Part shown: positions 26,736 through 31,467 of the stretch, one piece after another
Position numbering within the stretch: the first letter of the stretch is position 1
How the letters are laid out: each line of letters starts with the position of its first letter
Source of the DNA: a virus
Taxonomy: Duplodnaviria; Caudoviricetes
Strand: one strand, 5' to 3'
DNA: 31,467 bases
IMG/VR virus record: IMGVR_UViG_3300032332_000622
Span: 1 to 31,467 of that record
Position numbers and translations under genes: made by a program
Notes under the pieces: model-generated
The model's database searches: none
What the model was told of the DNA's origin: nothing
Seen by the model: only the letters and a program-made list of their open reading frames with translations

Positions 26736-26824
26736 GGTGCGTCCTCGTAGTTTGCCGGGTTCACCGGGATGGGTTTGGCCGGTTGCGCTGGTGGCAGTTG
26801 GGTGGGGAAGGGCCAGACGTTCAT
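26729..26824 (-). CDS. 31-aa Pro-rich peptide (not in ORF track)
   Basis: Own translation MNVWPFPTQLPPAQPAKPIPVNPANYEDAPW; ATGA overlap with upstream stop, fills the gap exactly. Confidence 0.6.
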   Translation of the reverse strand: MNVWPFPTQLPPAQPAKPIPVNPANYEDAPW

Positions 26825-27489
26825 GGTTTTGGGGGTGGGTTTGTGTAGACGCTCCCCGGCTGGCCCGACTCGTTACTGTCGGTGCAATCTAGGCGATGGT
26901 CGCTGGCCTTGGGGCATCGTTTGTTGCCGCACATTGGGCACAGGATCATTTTTGTCGCATTCAAAGGGTATTGTCTTCCCGGCATGCGCAGGTCGTGCTC
27001 CTTGATACAGCGATGGCATTCGCAGCCTACCGGCCTCGGCTCTGGCTGTGGCTGTGTTGCGGCTTCGACGGCACGGGCAAACTCCATCAATGCGCCATCG
27101 TGTTCGGCAGGGATGCTGCTCGGCATCATGTTCAGGATTTCGCTTGCGGTCAGCGGCTTGCGCTGCTCTAACTGTGCAAGCTTTTGTTCAAGCATCGTGC
27201 AGTGTTGCGCCAGTTTTGCGTATTGTTGAGCCACCGGCTCCTGCTCTGGCTGCTGCTTTAGCCTTGAGTTCAAACTGCGAATCTCAATCTCGAATGCTTT
27301 GGCTTCGCAGTGCCGGGCACACGGCGCGGGGTGGGTGTCTGCGGCTTGTAAGACTCGGCGATCCGGCTCCTGCTCTGGCTGCTTCAGCGCGGCGCGTAGG
27401 GCGGCAATGGCTTCTACGATGTGCGTGTACCTGGGCTCATTTTCCAACGCCTCCAACGCCTGCATTGCCACTTGTCTCAGATCAGTCAT
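26821..27489 (-). CDS. Mosaic accessory protein with QPEQEP linkers and C-terminal Cys-rich module
   Basis: AAGGAGG RBS, ATGA coupling; LRQ.A.QALEALE start, 2x QPEQEP, QRKPLT, CECHRC...CPMCGNKRCP. Confidence 0.75.
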   Translation of the reverse strand: MTDLRQVAMQALEALENEPRYTHIVEAIAALRAALKQPEQEPDRRVLQAADTHPAPCARHCEAKAFEIEIRSLNSRLKQQPEQEPVAQQYAKLAQHCTMLEQKLAQLEQRKPLTASEILNMMPSSIPAEHDGALMEFARAVEAATQPQPEPRPVGCECHRCIKEHDLRMPGRQYPLNATKMILCPMCGNKRCPKASDHRLDCTDSNESGQPGSVYTNPPPKP

Positions 27490-28290
27490 GCCCCCTCCTT
27501 AATGCCGTGGGCGGCTTCGATTCGACGCACAAGAGAACGATAGCCTTCGCACGACTTCAGACGCAGTGCCGTCTTTATCTGCTCATCCGTCAGCGGCTTG
27601 CGCTGTTCTGGCTGCGCTGCGGGTGGGGTGGTGGCAACTTCGTGTAAAGCCTCTGAGTATGAATCATAGTCATCGTCATACAGGTTATTGCGTAGAAAGC
27701 GATCAATCATGTCGTAGGATTCGCTTTTGCATACAGCCTTGTGTGCTTGTTGAGTTTGAAGGTACATCAGCTTGAGTTGCAGTGATTCAATGTACTGGCG
27801 AATGTCCTCAATAAATTCAGGATTGACATGATGATTCCATTTTTCAGTTTCAACGGAATAAGCACCATCCGCATAAAACTTGCAAAACTGCTGCGCTTGG
27901 TCAATGCGTTTTAAAATGTCCATTACTTTCCATCCTTTCTTGCGTACACGGCGCGTGATGCAATTGGTTTACATCCGTCTATTTCATCGCCAAATGAAAA
28001 TCGCCAAGTCCCATCGGGATAGGCGTACTGATAAGCAACCGGCAATCCAATGTATTCAGACGCCACCGGCTCCTGCTGTGGTTTAGATGTATAGTTGTTG
28101 CTGCTGCAAGCCACGCACTCATAAAGTACGGCGGCTTTACACTCGGGGCAGGTAGGCTCCTGCTCTGGCTGCTCCAGTGCGTTGCGTAGGGCAGTGATAG
28201 CTTCTTGCGTTGCTTTTTGAACGCGGAAGCTGTCCACAGTAACTGCCGATATTTCCAACGCCTCCAGCGCCTGCTGCGCGGCTTGTCTTA
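27149..28290. repeat. Dispersed short direct repeats (linker sequences) inside three accessory genes
   Basis: GGCTCCTGCTCTGGCTGCT identical at 27236, 27365, 28155; GCCACCGGCTCCTGCT at 27230 and 28062; GTCAGCGGCTTGCGCTGYTCT at 27149 and 27589; TTTCCAACGCCTCCARCGCCTGC at 27441 and 28252. Confidence 0.9.
27486..27923 (-). CDS. Mosaic accessory protein
   Basis: TAATG coupling; ends TTPPAAQPEQRKPLTDEQI...RRIEAAHGI. Confidence 0.7.
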   Translation of the reverse strand: MDILKRIDQAQQFCKFYADGAYSVETEKWNHHVNPEFIEDIRQYIESLQLKLMYLQTQQAHKAVCKSESYDMIDRFLRNNLYDDDYDSYSEALHEVATTPPAAQPEQRKPLTDEQIKTALRLKSCEGYRSLVRRIEAAHGIKEGA

Positions 28291-28300
28291 GTGTGACCAT
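27923..28300 (-). CDS. Mosaic accessory protein with Zn-ribbon module
   Basis: ATG 28300 with GGAG RBS; LRQAAQQALEALE, QPEQEP, CPEC...CVAC, QQEPVA. Confidence 0.7.
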   Translation of the reverse strand: MVTLRQAAQQALEALEISAVTVDSFRVQKATQEAITALRNALEQPEQEPTCPECKAAVLYECVACSSNNYTSKPQQEPVASEYIGLPVAYQYAYPDGTWRFSFGDEIDGCKPIASRAVYARKDGK

Positions 28301-28431
28301 ATCAAACTCCAAATAATTCCAGCCACCGCCCAAGGCAAAATTAATGCCGCCAACACAATCATCACAGCGCGCGTCAGGTCGCGCTGCCATTTGTCCTTGT
28401 ACTTGGACAGGTCGTGAATGTGGGGCATCAT
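28288..28431 (-). CDS. Small single-TM membrane protein (47 aa)
   Basis: ATGA-coupled; MMPHIHDLSKYKDKWQRDLTRAVMIVLAALILPWAVAGIIWSLIWSH. Confidence 0.55.
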   Translation of the reverse strand: MMPHIHDLSKYKDKWQRDLTRAVMIVLAALILPWAVAGIIWSLIWSH

Positions 28432-28550
28432 GACAAATATCCCAACACGAAACCAATAGCTGCCATTGCCAGGGTTACGATGGCCGTGACGACCAGGTAT
28501 TCGGCCCAGCCGCAGGCGTAGTAAAGCCGTTGCCAATCTTGTTTTTTCAT
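28428..28550 (-). CDS. Small single-TM membrane protein (40 aa)
   Basis: GGAG RBS at 28557-28560; MKKQDWQRLYYACGWAEYLVVTAIVTLAMAAIGFVLGYLS. Confidence 0.55.
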   Translation of the reverse strand: MKKQDWQRLYYACGWAEYLVVTAIVTLAMAAIGFVLGYLS

Positions 28551-28623
28551 GTTGCTCTCCAAACAAAAACATCGAGGCACACCACTATCAACGCGAACGC
28601 ATAAGTGGCGGCCAAGACTGTTC

Positions 28624-28794
28624 TCATAATTTCTTTTCGAGACCGTGTTTGATGTAAAGCAGAGCCTGGCCAGACACCGTGCGGGTGTTGGCATCGGCCT
28701 GCCGCCGAAGCTGCTCCATGACCGACAGGGGCATCCTGATGGTCATGAAGTGCTCTTTGATTTCTTTACTCTTGGTCGGAGTTTTCATCATCAT
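28624..28794 (-). CDS. Arc-like ribbon-helix-helix regulator
   Basis: FMTIRMP..V.EQL...A..N.RTVS.Q....I..GL is the Arc/Mnt pattern; three tandem ATGs make the start ambiguous. Confidence 0.75.
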   Translation of the reverse strand: MMMKTPTKSKEIKEHFMTIRMPLSVMEQLRRQADANTRTVSGQALLYIKHGLEKKL

Positions 28795-28987
28795 TTCCAA
28801 GCAGCACCTTGCTGTCTTCGATCTGAGTGCCGGCGGCCACCAGGCGCACCAAGTCTTCTTGGCTGGCTGCGTTGGCTTCCAGGCTGGTGCGTGCCACAAA
28901 ACGCACGGCCTCGACTCGGCTGACAGCGCGGATCAGTCGTTCCACGCCCGTGTTCTTGTTCTTGACCAGGTAAATACGATTTGCCAT
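28766..28987 (-). CDS. Hypothetical 73-aa protein
   Basis: AGGA RBS; MANRIYLV...RLIRA...A...VA...A.Q.DLV. Confidence 0.7.
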   Translation of the reverse strand: MANRIYLVKNKNTGVERLIRAVSRVEAVRFVARTSLEANAASQEDLVRLVAAGTQIEDSKVLLGNDDENSDQE

Positions 28988-28996
28988 TTTTTTGTC

Positions 28997-29353
28997 CTAT
29001 GAAGGTTGAAGAGTTGCATAAAAGGCGCTGATTTGCTGTTGTGCATCCTCAGCACCTTTTCCCACTATAACACAATACTGCACACTTTTCAGATACTCAA
29101 TGATTTCCTTCTGTTCAGGGCTCAAGACGCCACCTTTCTGGCGCTTCATCTCTATCCATAGCCGCCAGGCCGGGATGAACAGATCGGGAATTCCCTTCAC
29201 GGTGCCCTCGACCTTGAGCGCGGCCGCCGTAGCCATTCTCCTGGCGCCTCCGTTGGGGATGGAGTGGATGAGCACGCCAGGATATTGACGCCGAAACCAT
29301 TGCACGACCTGGCCTTGCTCGTAATGCTCGGTTGGGATTTTGTCGGCGCTCAA
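28997..29353 (-). CDS. VRR-NUC domain nuclease
   Basis: EH.EQ, IPNGG.R, EG..KG.PDL, IEMK...G.LS.EQ; TTG 29353 overlaps upstream TGA. Confidence 0.88.
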   Translation of the reverse strand: MSADKIPTEHYEQGQVVQWFRRQYPGVLIHSIPNGGARRMATAAALKVEGTVKGIPDLFIPAWRLWIEMKRQKGGVLSPEQKEIIEYLKSVQYCVIVGKGAEDAQQQISAFYATLQPS

Positions 29354-29550
29354 AATGGAACGTCCATTTCCCAATCGGCGCACTGGTCCACGGCGGCGGC
29401 AAAGTCCTCGGGCGGCGTCATAAAAAAGGCCACGCAGATGCCATCACTGCCATAGTGCAAACAGGTATGGCAACACTTTGGTGGACCCTGGTGATAAGCC
29501 TCCACGATGATGTCGTAAGCCTTAACGACCTCTGGCTTTGCATGTCTCAA
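29350..29550 (-). CDS. Small Cys-rich (Zn-binding) protein ending in DVPF
   Basis: CCHTC..Y...G.C..F...C..W; TTGA-coupled to helicase stop, GGAG RBS at 29557-29560. Confidence 0.65.
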   Translation of the reverse strand: MRHAKPEVVKAYDIIVEAYHQGPPKCCHTCLHYGSDGICVAFFMTPPEDFAAAVDQCADWEMDVPF

Positions 29551-31130
29551 GTCCAACTCCTGTGAAGTACACGATAAAATTTTCCGTCTTTTTTGAACTC
29601 AATCAACTGAGGTGGCTGGGCCTCATTCATGACTTTGACCATGTTATCGAGCCCTTCCACGTTCAGCAATGATGCACCTCCTTCTCGCGCCATTGTCAGC
29701 AAGAGCCGCATGGCCTTTTCTGCTGCGTAGCCGTCGTGCAAGACCGTCAGGTACTCGGTGATTGGCGTGTCACTCAGCACCCCGTAATAGGTCACGGCCA
29801 GCATCTGTTTGCCACTGGCGCGGCTTTCGTGAACGCGCCACTCCCAGCTTTTCACCGCCATGTCCGTGCCCTCTATCCCCATGATGTCGTCATGACGCAA
29901 GGCCAAGACTGCCGGCTCTTTGGCGGGGAAAGCGGTGCCGCAGGCAGGGCACGCAGACACCGATATGGCGCACAGTTCGCCGCAGTTGTCACAGACCTTC
30001 ACAGGCGCCTCTCCATCGCCCTGGCTACCCTTGCTTGGCGTTTTCACGTTGGTGATTGGCCCATGTGTCTGCACCACGCCGGCAAAGTCCAGCACCAAGC
30101 AGTGATCGGTGTGGGACTTGGGTCGCAGGCCTCGGCCGGCCATCTGCACATAAAGCCCAGGGCTCATGGTTGGCCGCAACATGGCGATCAGGTCGATGTC
30201 CGGGTAGTCAAACCCGGTGGTCAGCACGTTGGCGTTCGTCAGAGCTTTGAGCTTGCCTGCCCGGAAATCATCCAGCATCTGCTGGCGCTCTTTTTGCGGC
30301 GTGTTGCCGGTGACGCAAGCGGCCGCGATCCCTTTGGACAGCAAGACCGCAGCAATGTGCTCGGCATGGTCGATGCCCGTGCAGAAAAAAAGCCAGGCTT
30401 TTCTTTCTCCAGCAAGCTCAATGACCTCTTGCACGACAGCCTCATTTTGCTCGTTGGTGTCCACGGCCGCTTGCAATTCGGCCTCAATGTACTCGCCCCC
30501 GCGCTTCTTGACATTGGAGGCGTCCAGCCGCGACCGGGTGACTTTGGAGCGCAAGGTAGACAGGAACCCCTTGTAGATCAACTCCTCGATGCTCACGCCG
30601 TCGATCAAGGCGTCGAAGATGGCCGGCTTGTCGGTAATCATGCCGTGTCCAAGGCGGTACGGGGTGGCGGTCAAGCCTATCACCCGGAGCGATGGATTGA
30701 TTTTTAACAGGTCTGCCAGCAACATCCGATAGCCGCCTTCATCTTGATGGCTCACTAAATGAGCTTCGTCAATGATGACTAGATCAATGTGTCCAATTCG
30801 ATCCGCTTTTTTGCTGATGGATTGGATGCCGGCAAAGGTGATGGGCTCGCCCAACTCGCGCCGGCCCAAGCTGGCGCTGTAGATGCCCATCGGCGCCCCT
30901 GGCCAATGCTGGCGCATCTTCTCGGCGTTCTGCACAATCAACTCCTTGACGTGCGTCAGCATCAGGATGCGAGTTTCTGGCCAGTTCTGCACGGCGTTTT
31001 TGCACAGGGCTGCAACGATGTGGCTTTTGCCCGAGCCGGTAGGCAGCACCAGGCAGGGATTGCCAGGGTTGCCGGCCTCCAGCCAGGCGTAAAGCTGGTC
31101 GATGGCGCGTTGTTGGTACTCTCTCAGCAT
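29547..31130 (-). CDS. SF2 DEAH helicase, RadD/YejH-like, with Zn finger
   Basis: LREYQ, PTGSGKS, IIDEAH, GLTATP, LTTGFD, QMAGRG.R, C..C.........C..C. Confidence 0.93.
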   Translation of the reverse strand: MLREYQQRAIDQLYAWLEAGNPGNPCLVLPTGSGKSHIVAALCKNAVQNWPETRILMLTHVKELIVQNAEKMRQHWPGAPMGIYSASLGRRELGEPITFAGIQSISKKADRIGHIDLVIIDEAHLVSHQDEGGYRMLLADLLKINPSLRVIGLTATPYRLGHGMITDKPAIFDALIDGVSIEELIYKGFLSTLRSKVTRSRLDASNVKKRGGEYIEAELQAAVDTNEQNEAVVQEVIELAGERKAWLFFCTGIDHAEHIAAVLLSKGIAAACVTGNTPQKERQQMLDDFRAGKLKALTNANVLTTGFDYPDIDLIAMLRPTMSPGLYVQMAGRGLRPKSHTDHCLVLDFAGVVQTHGPITNVKTPSKGSQGDGEAPVKVCDNCGELCAISVSACPACGTAFPAKEPAVLALRHDDIMGIEGTDMAVKSWEWRVHESRASGKQMLAVTYYGVLSDTPITEYLTVLHDGYAAEKAMRLLLTMAREGGASLLNVEGLDNMVKVMNEAQPPQLIEFKKDGKFYRVLHRSWT

Positions 31131-31467
31131 ATGCGGCCATTCCAGTGCTCGCGCAGGGCCATGACCTGCGGGTCAGCATCCACGCAGGCGGCGGTGTTGG
31201 CCAGCAGTTCTTTGGAGCCGAACACGTCGGCAGCCGGCTCGCCGTTCATGACTTCTTTGGCGCCGATGCGGTACTTGGCAACCCATTCCTTCGGGCTGTC
31301 CACAATCTGCCAGGGCACCAAGTCGGGATGAAGGGCATGGCTCTCGCAGCCGGTGTGTTGCGCGTCTGGCGGGATCACGTCGTCCCATTTGGCGCAATGC
31401 CAAGTGCTGTCAGATAGTGGCGTGGCATGGGCGCACGTTCGGCAGTTGACCTCCTTGGTGGTCTTGC
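31124..31467 (-). CDS. C-terminal part of a Cys-rich protein, probably a Cas4-like/PD-(D/E)XK nuclease (truncated by window edge)
   Basis: Frame open to the window end: KTTKEVNCRTCAHATPLSDSTWHCAKW...GCESH..HPDLVPW; catalytic part not visible, so the call relies on Cys pattern and helicase adjacency. Confidence 0.5.
   Translation of the reverse strand, partial: KTTKEVNCRTCAHATPLSDSTWHCAKWDDVIPPDAQHTGCESHALHPDLVPWQIVDSPKEWVAKYRIGAKEVMNGEPAADVFGSKELLANTAACVDADPQVMALREHWNGRIC

Larger units (their letters stand above)
1..31467. mobile_element. Tailed dsDNA phage (siphovirus-like, HK97-type head) genome segment
   Basis: Canonical order terminase-portal-protease-capsid-connector-tail-tape measure-tip-lysis on +, opposed replication/accessory genes on -. 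No host genes, integrase or att sites visible in the window. Confidence 0.97.

Noticed and set aside
27149-28290. CRISPR-like or DGR interpretation of the short repeats
   Set aside because: Irregular spacing, several repeat types, all in-frame in coding sequence; no cas cluster or reverse transcriptase and no adenine-specific TR/VR pair seen.
29736-30707. 323-aa + strand ORF within the helicase
   Set aside because: Antisense shadow of a well-supported gene.

Overview
The whole window is part of a tailed dsDNA phage or prophage genome with siphovirus architecture and an HK97-type head. The + strand (51-24483) carries a continuous late operon: HNH, TerS, TerL, portal, protease, two tandem paralogous major capsid genes, head-tail joining genes and two tandem paralogous tail tube genes. 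These are followed by three inserted small genes (one ferritin/Dps-like), a tail chaperone with a -1 frameshift site, tape measure, a tail tip/fibre module with a GNAT-like gene, and a holin/endolysin block. The mostly - strand region (24470-end) encodes a DUF3310-like protein, an HTH-metallophosphoesterase, mosaic small genes joined by shared DNA linker repeats, an Arc-like regulator, a VRR-NUC nuclease, a RadD/YejH-like SF2 helicase and the C-terminus of a Cys-rich nuclease. The most notable items are the doubled capsid and doubled tail tube (possible heteromeric or two-form virion), linker-mediated module shuffling, an isolated very acidic 60-aa gene divergent from an unannotated small DNA-binding gene, and an in-frame stop splitting a fibre motif. 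Family assignments come from motif recognition and gene order only; no searches were run.
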